A model generated the notes under the pieces. It was not told where the DNA came from, ran no database searches, and worked only from the letters and a program-made list of their open reading frames with translations. Positions 20,650-31,176 of a DNA stretch of 64,000 nt are shown piece after piece. The stretch lies in NCBI GenBank assembly GCA_050945135.1, contig JBMNSJ010000002.1, forward strand, positions 6,798-70,797, written 5' to 3'. Source of the DNA: Raoultibacter sp. Lineage in GTDB: Bacteria > Actinomycetota > Coriobacteriia > Coriobacteriales > Eggerthellaceae. Position numbers and translations under genes: made by a program. The first letter of the stretch is position 1. Every line of letters begins with the position of its first letter.

Positions 20650-21990
20650 ATGAATACACCCTACGACAACGAACCAAGCTCAACAAACACACCGCCAACG
20701 CAGCCAACAGCATCGATGCCCCCTGCTCACCAGGAAAAACCTCAGCAAACGGCACCGGTTACGCCTTCGCCTCAGTACGGAGTTCCTGCTGCTAAGCCGA
20801 TTGCACCTGCCCATGCACAAAAAGCAGGTTCTTCAAACGCTAAAACGTTCTTCATTTCGTTTTTGGGCGCTGCTCTTGCAGTTGTCATTGGGCTTGTTGG
20901 CTTTGGAATTTTCCAATCAAGCTCGAGCGGAACTTCCTCGGAGCACTCAACAACGGTTCTAGGTTCTTCTGGCTCAGATATACAAATTGAGGAAGACGAT
21001 ACGCTTGCAGAAGCGGTTTCGAAAAAAGCCCTTCCGTCAGTTGTTAACATTGACGTATATGTCGAGCAAACGAGCATGAACCCCTTTGGTTACGGATCAT
21101 CAAGCGGCGAGTCAACACAGTCTTCGCTCGGTAGTGGCGTTGTCCTTTCCGAAGACGGCTATATCATCACGAACTATCATGTTATTGAAGGTGCCGATTC
21201 GCTTGAAGTAACAGTGGGAGACGAAACGCATCAGGCAAGCATTGTAGGTACTGACCCTAGTTCTGACCTCGCCGTTCTCAAGATTGATGGCGCAGAAGGC
21301 CTTGTCCCTATCGAGATTGGTTCATCAGCCGACCTTGAGATTGGAGAATGGGTTATGACCATCGGTAGTCCCTTTGGTCTTGAGCAATCGGTAGCTACGG
21401 GTATTGTTTCAGCTACGAGTAGGTCGCAAATTGTTGAGTCCACCATGGGCGATGCGATGGTTTATACCAACCTCATCCAGACTGACGCAGCAATTAATCC
21501 GGGCAACTCCGGCGGCGCACTTGTGGATTCTGACGGTAAGCTAATTGGGGTTAATACCTTAATAACCTCGTATTCTGGCAATTATTCTGGAGTCGGCTTT
21601 GCGATTCCGGTTGATTATGCAATCAGCATTGCTGAGCAAATTATCAGCGGAGAAGAGCCTACACACGCGCAACTTGGAGTGTCCTTGTCCACGGTAAGCC
21701 CCTCGGTTGCTCAGCGCTATGGTCTTGCAACCGATTCCGGCGCATATGTAACACAGGTTTATTCTGACTCTGGCGCTGACAAAGCCGGAGTTGAAGTGGG
21801 AGATATTATTACAAAATTTGAGGGCACCACAGTCACTTCAGCAAGTGATCTTATGCTTGAGATACGTTCTCATAATCCAGGAGACAAAGTATCGATGGAA
21901 ATCAATCGAAGTGGAAAAATTGAAACCCTCGAGGTAACCCTTGGTTCAGATGCTGCTACGTCTCAATCGGCGTTTAAGCAGGCAAGCTAA
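20650..21990 (+). CDS. htrA: HtrA/DegP-family serine protease with PDZ domain
   Basis: Pro/Gln-rich N-terminus, one TM helix, trypsin-like triad context (TNYHVI, D..DLAVLK, GNSGGAL) and a C-terminal PDZ. Start at ATG 20650 after AAGGAGAG. Confidence 0.88.
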   Translation: MNTPYDNEPSSTNTPPTQPTASMPPAHQEKPQQTAPVTPSPQYGVPAAKPIAPAHAQKAGSSNAKTFFISFLGAALAVVIGLVGFGIFQSSSSGTSSEHSTTVLGSSGSDIQIEEDDTLAEAVSKKALPSVVNIDVYVEQTSMNPFGYGSSSGESTQSSLGSGVVLSEDGYIITNYHVIEGADSLEVTVGDETHQASIVGTDPSSDLAVLKIDGAEGLVPIEIGSSADLEIGEWVMTIGSPFGLEQSVATGIVSATSRSQIVESTMGDAMVYTNLIQTDAAINPGNSGGALVDSDGKLIGVNTLITSYSGNYSGVGFAIPVDYAISIAEQIISGEEPTHAQLGVSLSTVSPSVAQRYGLATDSGAYVTQVYSDSGADKAGVEVGDIITKFEGTTVTSASDLMLEIRSHNPGDKVSMEINRSGKIETLEVTLGSDAATSQSAFKQAS

Positions 21991-22015
21991 GAATTTAGCA
22001 CAATTAACTTTTAGG

Positions 22016-22049
22016 AACGTGACTGCCGAAGCCGGTAGTCACGTTTTCT
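22016..22049 (+). terminator. Rho-independent terminator of htrA
   Basis: aacgtgact (22016-22024) pairs with agtcacgtt (22037-22045), a 9-bp stem, followed by a ttct tail. Confidence 0.7.
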
Positions 22050-22537
22050 GTGTTCGAATAGTTTGAAAAACTCCCGTGTCCCATTCTGCTTGATCAAAAC
22101 ATTTGAGTCGTTGGTGTATGCGAGCTCTCCTTTGAGGTGTCTCCAGGCTGTCGTCATAAATCTTGCTAAACCAAGCTATTTGCCTGAGTGAATGATGCTT
22201 CAATCGTAACTGACACCAAAAATCTTACGAAACCAACCCAATTTGTATGAGATGGAAGCTTATGCCCGGTCAAATCCGTCGAATCAGATGGATAGACACT
22301 CTGCCGCGATAGCGGAATCTTCGCCACCTGGGTTTATGTGATGTGCGAATTCGCTTGTTTGTAATAAGTGCGGGCATAAGCTTCAATCTCATGCAGAATA
22401 TCGAGCAGAGCTTGTTCTTTTCGAGTGCGGCAGCACGTTCGGCAGTTGTTAGGATTGCACAACCCATGTTCGACGTGTTGACTATGGGCAAAACCAGTCA
22501 CATTACTAGAGTTTTGGCAGAATTGCCTCGCAGCCAC

Positions 22538-22673
22538 GTCAGATTGAACGTTTTGTGGTTGCTTCACTGCCTGTGTTCGACGCCTCATAGCAGGGGATGC
22601 CTTGCCATCAGGTATTTTGTGAACCTCAAATCTTGCGGCACCAATCCGACAACCACAAAACGTTCAATCTGAC
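22538..22673. repeat. Perfect 24-bp inverted repeat flanking an 88-bp spacer
   Basis: gtcagattgaacgttttgtggttg (22538-22561) is the exact reverse complement of caaccacaaaacgttcaatctgac (22650-22673). Confidence 0.95.
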
Positions 22674-22738
22674 ATGAATTATTGGAGCGGCGGGCATAAC
22701 CTTGGATGAGCAAACCCTCTCAGGGAGTTCTTTGTGCG

Positions 22739-22866
22739 ACCGCTGACTCAGTCAGGCAAACACGTGCACAATCACTGATACAGTCAAGCGAGCCCACGCG
22801 CAACCGCTGACGCAGCCATGCAAGCACACGCACGATCACTGATACGGACAAACAAACATGCGCCCG
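22739..22866. repeat. Imperfect tandem duplication, 2 x about 64 bp
   Basis: Unit 1 (22739-22802, accgctgactcagtcaggcaaacacgtgcacaatcactgatacag...) aligns with unit 2 (22803-22866, accgctgacgcagccatgcaagcacacgcacgatcactgatacgg...). About three quarters of positions are identical by eye. Confidence 0.8.
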
Positions 22867-22918
22867 GCTGCGTCATTTGCTCATTAAGTGAAATGCGAGG
22901 GTTTGAAAGCTGCTCTAA

Positions 22919-23695
<777 letters not shown>

Positions 23696-23781
23696 GCAAA
23701 GACAAGAACCTGCGCGCACGGTACAATGGGTGCGAACAATACAGCTTTTTGACTGCAACGGAAGGATGAAGGTGCAAGATC

Positions 23782-24339
23782 ATGGTTGATGAAGTAATGC
23801 TTGAGGCTGAGGAGCATATGCAAAAGGCGCTGACCAGGCTCAGTGAGAATTTCACGTCGGTACGTACCGGACGTGCAAATGCAATGATTCTCGATCGAAT
23901 CAAGGTTGACTATTACGGAGTAATGACTCCTATTAACCAAATGGCTGCCGTGAAAACTCCCGATGCGCACATGCTTGTTATCGAGCCTTGGGATAAAAGC
24001 ACACTTACGCCCATTGAGCAGGCCATTCAATCAAGCGATTTAGGTGTGACGCCCTCTAACGACGGCTCGGTTATCAGACTTCCGTTTCCTCAGCTCACAG
24101 AAGAAAGACGCCGCGAGCTCGTAAAGCAGTGCAAAAACTATGCAGAAGAATCTCGTGTTGCGGTTAGAAATGCTCGTCGTGATGCAAATAGCGCTATTGA
24201 TAAGCTTAAGAAAGATTCAGAAATATCTGAAGACGATGCCAAGCGCGCTGAGGCAGAAGCTCAAAAACTCACCGATCGTTTTATCGCAGAAGTAGAAGAG
24301 GCTTTCAAGAAAAAAGAAGCAGAGGTCATGGAGATTTAG
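23782..24339 (+). CDS. frr: Ribosome recycling factor
   Basis: 185 aa with the typical RRF pattern (FTSVRTGRANAMILDRIKVDYYG, LTEERRRELVK). It follows pyrH. Confidence 0.95.
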   Translation: MVDEVMLEAEEHMQKALTRLSENFTSVRTGRANAMILDRIKVDYYGVMTPINQMAAVKTPDAHMLVIEPWDKSTLTPIEQAIQSSDLGVTPSNDGSVIRLPFPQLTEERRRELVKQCKNYAEESRVAVRNARRDANSAIDKLKKDSEISEDDAKRAEAEAQKLTDRFIAEVEEAFKKKEAEVMEI

Positions 24340-24405
24340 ACCTGCTTTCGCGGATGGATATACTGTTCGTGAGTACCGGTCTCAAGTCACGTACAATCAC
24401 TGTTC

Positions 24406-25182
24406 ATGAATAAAGCACTTGAAGAAATATTCCCTAATCTTCCTGACGACATCAGTTTAGATGCGCTTGATGTCACGCGGATTCCTCAGCACCTCGCCAT
24501 TATTATGGATGGAAATGGGCGATGGGCTAAGCAGCATGGAAAGAATCGCCTCACCGGACATCATGCCGGAATCGAAGCGGTACGAGAAAGCATCAGATGC
24601 GCCTCCGATTTAGGAGTTCGCTACCTTACTATTTATTCCTTTTCTTCAGAAAACTGGAAGCGTCCCGTCGAAGAGGTTTCAGGTCTTATGAACCTTTTTG
24701 CAAAAACCATGCTCGCTGAAGTTGATGAATTGCATGAAGAGCAGGTGCGCGTAAAGACAATCGGCAACCTAGAAGCACTTCCGCAAAAGACACGTAAAGC
24801 TTTCGACAAGGCATGGGAGCTTACAAAAAATAACACTGGCATGACCCTGGTGGTCGCAATTAATTATGGCGGCAGACAAGAGATAATTGAGGGAATGCAA
24901 GCCTTTTTGAGTGAAGCGCAGAAAGATATTGCAGCAGGACGAAGCCCAAAAGAGCTCGACGAACATAGCTTTTCAAACTATCTATATACTGCAGATATTC
25001 CTAATCCAGATATGGTTATTCGAACGAGCGGCGAGATGCGTCTTTCAAACTTTTTGTTATGGCAGGCTGCTTATGCAGAGTTCTACTGTACTGATGTTTT
25101 GTGGCCTGATTTTTGCCGTTACGATGTTCTTCGGGCGATCGTTGATTTTCAAAAGCGCGATAGACGTTTTGGGGCGGTGTAG
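24406..25182 (+). CDS. uppS: Undecaprenyl (cis-prenyl) diphosphate synthase
   Basis: IIMDGNGRWA and RTSGE.RLSNFLLWQ motifs. Confidence 0.93.
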   Translation: MNKALEEIFPNLPDDISLDALDVTRIPQHLAIIMDGNGRWAKQHGKNRLTGHHAGIEAVRESIRCASDLGVRYLTIYSFSSENWKRPVEEVSGLMNLFAKTMLAEVDELHEEQVRVKTIGNLEALPQKTRKAFDKAWELTKNNTGMTLVVAINYGGRQEIIEGMQAFLSEAQKDIAAGRSPKELDEHSFSNYLYTADIPNPDMVIRTSGEMRLSNFLLWQAAYAEFYCTDVLWPDFCRYDVLRAIVDFQKRDRRFGAV

Positions 25183-25184
25183 AA

Positions 25185-26093
25185 ATGGCCGAGCAAAACA
25201 AGCAGAAAGAGCCGGGCAAGGTAAAGCAATTTGCGCTTGATAAAACTCCGGAAAAGCTAAAAAACCCAAGCAATTTGCAGGTTCGTTTTCGCACGGGTGT
25301 TGTCTATATCACCATCACTATAGCTTGTGTTCTTGTGCACGATATCACCACGGTGCTATTGCTGTCAGCTACGGCAGGTATTTGTGCTGGTGAGTTTTAT
25401 TACATGCTGCGTTCAGATGCGAAACTACCAAACGAAATGCTTGGTATTATTGCGGCAATACTCTATCCCATTAGCGTGTGGCTTCTTGGGCTTGTGGGGG
25501 CTTTGCTTGTTACGGTTCTTCTCGCACTAGCTCTTATCGTGTGGTACGTGTTTTGGATGCGTGCGCGCATTGCCGATGTTGGGGTAAGCCTTTTTGGTGC
25601 GGTATATACCGGTCTGCTTATTTCAGGATTTATGATTATTCGAACCTCGGAATCCTTGGAGTTTCCCTGGGATGGCATACTTGTGCTCGCTATCTTTCTT
25701 GGCGTGTGGGCCAACGATGTGTTCGCCTATCTCATTGGCAGTAAATTCGGGAAGCACAAGCTTGCTCCGAGAACCTCTCCTAAAAAGAGCTGGGAAGGCT
25801 TCATTGCTGGGCTCATTGCCTCAATGCTTGTTTGGGTAGGAATATCCTATATCCCTGGCGTCAACATGGACATTGTTCAGGCGTTCGTTTTTGGTCTCGT
25901 GTGTGGTCTGATGGGAGTTCTTGGCGATTTGGCTGAGAGCCGCATTAAAAGAAATTCTGGCTTCAAGGATTCAGGCACTATCATGCCCGGGCATGGAGGC
26001 TTGCTCGATCGATGCGATTCGCTATTCCTTGTTGCGGTCACCGCGGCAGTCTTGTTGATTGTGGGAGGATGCATTCCCTATGCAGGCGTCTAA
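25185..26093 (+). CDS. cdsA: Phosphatidate cytidylyltransferase
   Basis: Multi-TM protein with the C-terminal CDS signature (SRIKRNSGFKDSGTIMPGHGGLLDRCDS). Confidence 0.88.
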   Translation: MAEQNKQKEPGKVKQFALDKTPEKLKNPSNLQVRFRTGVVYITITIACVLVHDITTVLLLSATAGICAGEFYYMLRSDAKLPNEMLGIIAAILYPISVWLLGLVGALLVTVLLALALIVWYVFWMRARIADVGVSLFGAVYTGLLISGFMIIRTSESLEFPWDGILVLAIFLGVWANDVFAYLIGSKFGKHKLAPRTSPKKSWEGFIAGLIASMLVWVGISYIPGVNMDIVQAFVFGLVCGLMGVLGDLAESRIKRNSGFKDSGTIMPGHGGLLDRCDSLFLVAVTAAVLLIVGGCIPYAGV

Positions 26094-27285
26094 AAAGCGG
26101 GTCGCAGTACTTGGTTCTTCGGGTTCAATTGGCACGCAAACACTCGATGTTATTTCTCGTCACGCCGATAAGCTCGAACTGGTAGCCCTGGCGCTCAACT
26201 CTCAGGTTGGCATACTCGAGCAGCAAGCGCGACAATTTGGGGTAGGGCATGTCGCTCTTGGCGCATCTCATCTAGAAAACGATCCTTGCGTAGATGGTCT
26301 GCGCAATCATATAGATACCTGCGCGCGTGAAGGACTTGTTCAAAACCCTCATATAGGTTTTGGTTTTGATGCAGTCGAAGATTTAGTTCGTCTTCCCGAG
26401 GTCGATATTGTTGTCAATGCGGTGGTGGGAGCTGCCGGCTTGCGCCTGAGCTATGAAGCACTTAAGGCGGGAAAGCAACTCGGACTAGCCAACAAAGAAT
26501 CCCTTGTTGTCGGGGGCGATCTTATCATGCCGCTAGCAACGCACGACACTTTGCTGCCAATCGATTCAGAACATGGCGCTATTTATCAGTGCCTTCTTGG
26601 TGAGAATCCAGACGAAGTAGAAGCCTTATGGGTTACTGCATCAGGTGGGCCATTCAGGGGTCGCACGCGTGATGGGCTAAAAAACATCACACCCGAACAA
26701 GCATTGGCGCACCCTACCTGGAATATGGGAGCAAAGATTAGCATCGATTCAGCCACCTTGATGAACAAGGGGCTTGAGGTTATCGAAGCTCACCATCTTT
26801 TCTCGATGCCCTATGACCGCATTAAGGTTTTAGTGCAACCGCAAAGTGCTATTCATTCGATGGTTGAGTTTAAGGATGGTAGCGTCAAAGCTCACTTGGG
26901 TACAACCGATATGCGTATCCCAATTCAGTTTGCATTGTCTTATCCTGACAGGTGGAGCGCGCTAGTAAAGAATTTGGATTTTCGCAGCCTAGGCTCACTC
27001 GAGTTTGACGCTCCCGATACTAAAACCTTTGCCTGTCTTGCTCTGGCGCAAGAGGCGGGGAAATGCGGGCAAACAATGCCGTGCGTAATGAATGCAGCAA
27101 ACGAAATAGCGGTAGCAAGCTTTTTGAGCTCCGAATGTGCTTTCTTGCAGATTGCATCGTGTGTTGAGGCAGTTATGAACCTCCACATAGCTCAGCGTGT
27201 CGAGAGTCTTGATCAGCTTGAGGAAGTTGATTTTTGGGCACGTACGCAGGCGCAAGCCTATTTGAAGGAGCATGCGTGGACGTAG
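26080..27285 (+). CDS. dxr: 1-deoxy-D-xylulose-5-phosphate reductoisomerase
   Basis: VAVLGSSGSIGTQTLDV NADPH motif, then LANKESLV, PIDSEH and NKGLEVIEAH. Start at ATG 26080 after GGGAGGA, overlapping the cdsA 3' end. Confidence 0.93.
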   Translation: MQASKKRVAVLGSSGSIGTQTLDVISRHADKLELVALALNSQVGILEQQARQFGVGHVALGASHLENDPCVDGLRNHIDTCAREGLVQNPHIGFGFDAVEDLVRLPEVDIVVNAVVGAAGLRLSYEALKAGKQLGLANKESLVVGGDLIMPLATHDTLLPIDSEHGAIYQCLLGENPDEVEALWVTASGGPFRGRTRDGLKNITPEQALAHPTWNMGAKISIDSATLMNKGLEVIEAHHLFSMPYDRIKVLVQPQSAIHSMVEFKDGSVKAHLGTTDMRIPIQFALSYPDRWSALVKNLDFRSLGSLEFDAPDTKTFACLALAQEAGKCGQTMPCVMNAANEIAVASFLSSECAFLQIASCVEAVMNLHIAQRVESLDQLEEVDFWARTQAQAYLKEHAWT

Positions 27286-28334
27286 TAATGATGATTCTCT
27301 ACACTGCCGTCGTGCTCGGGGTGCTTGTGTTCGTTCATGAGGGAGGGCATTATCTCGCAGCGCGGGCCTTTGGCGTGCGTGTTACCGAGTTTATGCTAGG
27401 TCTGCCGGGGCCGAGTGTTGGGTTCACCTGGAAGGGCACGCGCTTTGGCGTAACGGCAGTTCCCTTGGGTGGTTATGCGCGAATCTGCGGTATGGGATCT
27501 GGTGAGCAAAGTCCTTATCTAAAGCAGGTAATAAAGCTCGTGTTTGAGCGAGGAACAGTTACGATGGAAGAGGTGGCTCGCGCACTCGAGATTAGTGACG
27601 ACGACGCTTATAACGCACTCGAAGAACTTGCCGAGTGGGGAACCATCGCAGGTCCTAGCAGGAAAGACAAAATTAATATCTATCGCACGCTTGAAGTAAA
27701 AGGCGTTCATGAGCTGGGTACTCCTCAAGAGATTGATGATTTGGACGCTTTTTATGAAGCGGAATACGCGCAGCAGTACCGCGCTATCCCGTTTTGGAAA
27801 CGCTCCATCATCCTGCTTGCGGGCGTGGCAGTAAACCTGCTCTTTGCGATTCTGCTATTCATCCTTATCTATTCAGTCATCGGATTCGATGCCACCCATC
27901 CTCAAACAGGTGAGCTTGTTCATGTTACCGTTGATCCTCTGCGAGCTATTGGGGCAGGTTTTAACTATATTGGCATGGTAATAACGGCTGTCATCGGGCT
28001 TTTTAATCCTGCTACGGCAGCACAGACTATCTCTGACTCAGCTTCGATTGTTGGTATTGCAGCTAGGTCGAAAGATGCTGCTGATGCTGGCTTTGTAAAC
28101 TTTCTTTTCTTTGTGGCGATGATTTCGGTTTCTCTTGGCATCATGAATCTTTTGCCGGTTCCGCCGCTGGATGGCGGGCGCTTTGTCGTTGAAGTATTCC
28201 AAAAAATTACGCGCAAACCGGTTACGCAAAGAATCATGAATGCCTTAAGTGTTATAGGCTTCTTGCTCATTATGGCCTTATTCGTGGTGATGGTGGGGCA
28301 AGACATTCAGCGCTTCGTATTCGGAAATTGGTAA
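27276..28334 (+). CDS. rseP: RseP/RIP site-2 metalloprotease
   Basis: HEGGHY zinc motif in the first TM and NLLPVPPLDGG near the C-terminus. The likely start is GTG 27276, 5 nt after GAAGGAG; ATG 27288 is the alternative. Confidence 0.85.
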   Translation: MDVVMMILYTAVVLGVLVFVHEGGHYLAARAFGVRVTEFMLGLPGPSVGFTWKGTRFGVTAVPLGGYARICGMGSGEQSPYLKQVIKLVFERGTVTMEEVARALEISDDDAYNALEELAEWGTIAGPSRKDKINIYRTLEVKGVHELGTPQEIDDLDAFYEAEYAQQYRAIPFWKRSIILLAGVAVNLLFAILLFILIYSVIGFDATHPQTGELVHVTVDPLRAIGAGFNYIGMVITAVIGLFNPATAAQTISDSASIVGIAARSKDAADAGFVNFLFFVAMISVSLGIMNLLPVPPLDGGRFVVEVFQKITRKPVTQRIMNALSVIGFLLIMALFVVMVGQDIQRFVFGNW

Positions 28335-28338
28335 CAGC

Positions 28339-29403
28339 ATGGGAGAACTACGTCCAAATCAGCAAACACGTAGGGTGATGGTAGGTTCAATACCTCTCGG
28401 TGGTGGTGCTCCCTGCGCCGTGCAATCAATGCTTAATCAGCCATTGTCCAATGTAGAAGCAAACCTAAATCAAATCCGCGAGCTAGCAGAGGCGGGGTGC
28501 GAGATTATTCGTGTGGCTATTCCTCACGAATCTGATATCAGAAGTTTTGAGGCAATCTGTAAGCAATCTCCTTTGCCGGTTGTGGCAGACATTCATTTCG
28601 ATGCAAAAATCGCCGTTGAAGCAGCCTATGCAGGGGCAGCAAAGCTACGAATAAACCCAGGTAATGTTGGGGGTCTCGAAAAAACCGATGCGATTATTGA
28701 TGCTGCAGGCGAAATGGGAATACCTATCCGTATTGGCGTTAACGCTGGTTCGCTCGAGAAAAGCATTATGGCGCAAAGCGATTTGAGCCTTGCGCAAAAA
28801 CTCTGTGTATCAGCTGTGCAGTGTGTGCAGTATTTCCAGAGCCGAAACTTTAATGACGTTGTCATTTCCGCTAAAGCGCATGATGTCATGACAACAGTTA
28901 AGGCGTATCGGCTGCTTTCTCAAGAACTTCCCACGGTGCCTCTTCATATTGGAATCACCGAAGCAGGTACTCTTTTTCAGGGGCTGATAAAATCTGCTTT
29001 AGGGCTTGGAATTTTGTTGGAAGAAGGAATTGGAGATACTCTACGTATTTCTTTGACCGATGATCCCATGCAAGAGATTCGTGCCTGTTGGACACTTTTG
29101 AGCGCATTGGATTTGCGCAGACGCTTTCCAGAGATTATCAGTTGTCCAACCTGCGGACGCTGCCAGGTTGATTTAATTGCTCTAGCCAAGCAAGTGGAAG
29201 AGCGTGTGTCATCTCTTAATAAACCCTTAAAGATTGCGGTCATGGGTTGTGTAGTTAATGGTCCTGGTGAGGCAGCAGATGCAGATATTGGAGTAGCTTG
29301 CGGGGCTGGTTCCGGCGTACTTTTTGCACAAGGAGAAATCTTGCGCAAGGTTCCCGAGAGCGCTATTCTAGATGCTTTGATGGAAGAGATAGGAAAATTA
29401 TGA
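28339..29403 (+). CDS. ispG: 4-hydroxy-3-methylbut-2-en-1-yl diphosphate synthase
   Basis: GcpE pattern (VADIHFD, RINPGN, SCPTCGRC, MGCVVNGPGEA). Confidence 0.93.
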   Translation: MGELRPNQQTRRVMVGSIPLGGGAPCAVQSMLNQPLSNVEANLNQIRELAEAGCEIIRVAIPHESDIRSFEAICKQSPLPVVADIHFDAKIAVEAAYAGAAKLRINPGNVGGLEKTDAIIDAAGEMGIPIRIGVNAGSLEKSIMAQSDLSLAQKLCVSAVQCVQYFQSRNFNDVVISAKAHDVMTTVKAYRLLSQELPTVPLHIGITEAGTLFQGLIKSALGLGILLEEGIGDTLRISLTDDPMQEIRACWTLLSALDLRRRFPEIISCPTCGRCQVDLIALAKQVEERVSSLNKPLKIAVMGCVVNGPGEAADADIGVACGAGSGVLFAQGEILRKVPESAILDALMEEIGKL

Positions 29404-31169
29404 GTGACGTCCTACGCATGAGCGAATTATACGCACCCACCTTAAAAGAAGATCCAGCCGATGCGGAAATTGCCAGTCATCGTTTATTACTGCGCGCAGG
29501 AATGATTCGAAAGACCGCTTCAGGCGTTTATGCTTTTTTGCCTCTTGGTTATCGAGTGCTTGCAAAGATTGAAAACATCATTCGTGAAGAGATGAACGCA
29601 ATAGGCGCTCAAGAGATTATGATGCCCGCACTTCAGCCCTCTGAGCTATGGCACGAAAGTGGTCGATGGAACGATTATGGTCCTGAGCTCATGAGGCTCA
29701 AAGATCGCCACGACCGATCATTTTGCCTTGGGCCTACTCATGAGGAACTGGTCACTTCGCTGGTCAGTAATGAGCTGCGGTCTTATAAGGAACTTCCTTT
29801 GTCGCTGTATCAAATACAGGTAAAATTCCGCGACGAAATTAGGCCACGTTTTGGTTTATTGCGTACGCGCGAATTCATCATGAAAGATGCTTACAGTTTT
29901 AACGAAAATGCAGAATCGCTGCAAAAAACCTATGACGACATGAGTAAAGCCTACGGAAATATCTGTGATCGACTGGGGCTTGAATGGCGTGCAGTTGAGG
30001 CAGACTCGGGACAAATTGGCGGCAAGGTTACCCGTGAGTATATGGCGCTTGCTGAAGCTGGCGAGGCCGAACTGGTTTATTGCGAGTGCGGCTATGCTGC
30101 AAACACAGAAGTGGGAGAAGGGCTCGCCGCTCCAAGCGAATACACCGATGTAAACCAGATAGAAAAAATCGCAACGCCAAACGTTCATACTATTCCTGAA
30201 CTGGCGCAATTCCTGAAGATTCCCGAGTCGTCAACAGTAAAGGCGATGGTAGGTAAAGCTAGTGATGGCAAGGTATATGCGCTCTTTATCCCGGGCGATC
30301 ATGAGCTTAACGAGATTAAAGCAGAACGATTGGTTGAGGGCTTTGAACTTTTGGATGATGAAGAACTCGAAAAGATAGGCTTGCCTAAGGGCTCAATTGG
30401 TCCGGTTGGTCTTCCTGAGGGCGTAGAGATTATCGCCGCAAAGAGTCTGCAAGCAATTGAGCGATGGGTTGTGGGTGCCAATGAAGATGGCTTCCACTAC
30501 GTGGGCGCAAAGAATGGCATCGATTTTAGCGTGGATGCTTGGGCGGATCTCGTTGTTGTTGAGCCGGGAGATCGCTGTCCGAAGTGCGGTGCAGTGCTTG
30601 AAGGAGCACGAGGTATCGAAGTTTCACAAGTGTTCCAGTTTGGTGACAAATACTCGCGAGCAATGAATGCAACCTTTATGGCAGAAGATGGCTCTGAGCA
30701 ATTCTTCCAGATGGGTAGCTACGGAGTTGGTGTAACAAGGAGTCTCGCTGCGGTTGTCGAGCAGTATCACGATGAGCGCGGAATAATGTGGCCCATCAAA
30801 ATAGCTCCTGCGCATATATGCGTTCTTTGTCTTGATCCAAAGGATACGCTGGTCAATAATGCTGCAGAAGATCTTGCTAAAGACTTAAGCAACGCAGGAT
30901 TCGAAGTGGTAATTGACGATCGCGATGAGCGTGCAGGTGTGAAATTTGCAGATGCCGATTTAATCGGATGGCCAATTCAAGTTGTCGTTGGCAAGCGAGG
31001 CATGAAGGAAAACAAAGTAGAGATAAAGCGTCGCGCGCAAGGAATCAAAAAAGAAGTGTCTTTTGATTCAGTAACCGAAATCATCGGCTATGCAAAGCGC
31101 ACTCTTAAAGGAAATAGTTTTAGCTTTGGTGACTTTATCAACGATAGCAGCATCATAGCTAAAGGCTAG
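29400..31169 (+). CDS. proS: Proline--tRNA ligase (bacterial type with editing insertion)
   Basis: MSELYAPTLKE start. Class II motifs (FRDEIRPRFGLLRTREF, editing INS domain, GSYGVGVTR). ATG 29400 overlaps the ispG stop (ATGA). The track's upstream extension to 29298 lies inside ispG. Confidence 0.95.
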   Translation: MSDVLRMSELYAPTLKEDPADAEIASHRLLLRAGMIRKTASGVYAFLPLGYRVLAKIENIIREEMNAIGAQEIMMPALQPSELWHESGRWNDYGPELMRLKDRHDRSFCLGPTHEELVTSLVSNELRSYKELPLSLYQIQVKFRDEIRPRFGLLRTREFIMKDAYSFNENAESLQKTYDDMSKAYGNICDRLGLEWRAVEADSGQIGGKVTREYMALAEAGEAELVYCECGYAANTEVGEGLAAPSEYTDVNQIEKIATPNVHTIPELAQFLKIPESSTVKAMVGKASDGKVYALFIPGDHELNEIKAERLVEGFELLDDEELEKIGLPKGSIGPVGLPEGVEIIAAKSLQAIERWVVGANEDGFHYVGAKNGIDFSVDAWADLVVVEPGDRCPKCGAVLEGARGIEVSQVFQFGDKYSRAMNATFMAEDGSEQFFQMGSYGVGVTRSLAAVVEQYHDERGIMWPIKIAPAHICVLCLDPKDTLVNNAAEDLAKDLSNAGFEVVIDDRDERAGVKFADADLIGWPIQVVVGKRGMKENKVEIKRRAQGIKKEVSFDSVTEIIGYAKRTLKGNSFSFGDFINDSSIIAKG

Positions 31170-31176
31170 TAGCCAC

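Noticed and set aside
20487-20651. The 55-codon N-terminal extension of the aldehyde dehydrogenase ORF, and similar upstream extensions of proS (29298), prs (17417), pth (18372), dxr (26059), pyrH (22931), leuC (2179) and the CaiA-like gene (46784)
   Set aside because: The extensions overlap neighbouring genes or promoter regions and add non-homologous residues. In-frame starts with good SD sequences exist at the positions where the conserved N-termini begin.
22270-22672. ORFs 22270-22491(-), 22334-22588(-) and 22343-22672(+) as intact genes
   Set aside because: They are mutually overlapping in different frames and have no RBS or recognisable domains. One is partly encoded by the 24-bp inverted-repeat arm. 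I treated them as possible gene debris only.
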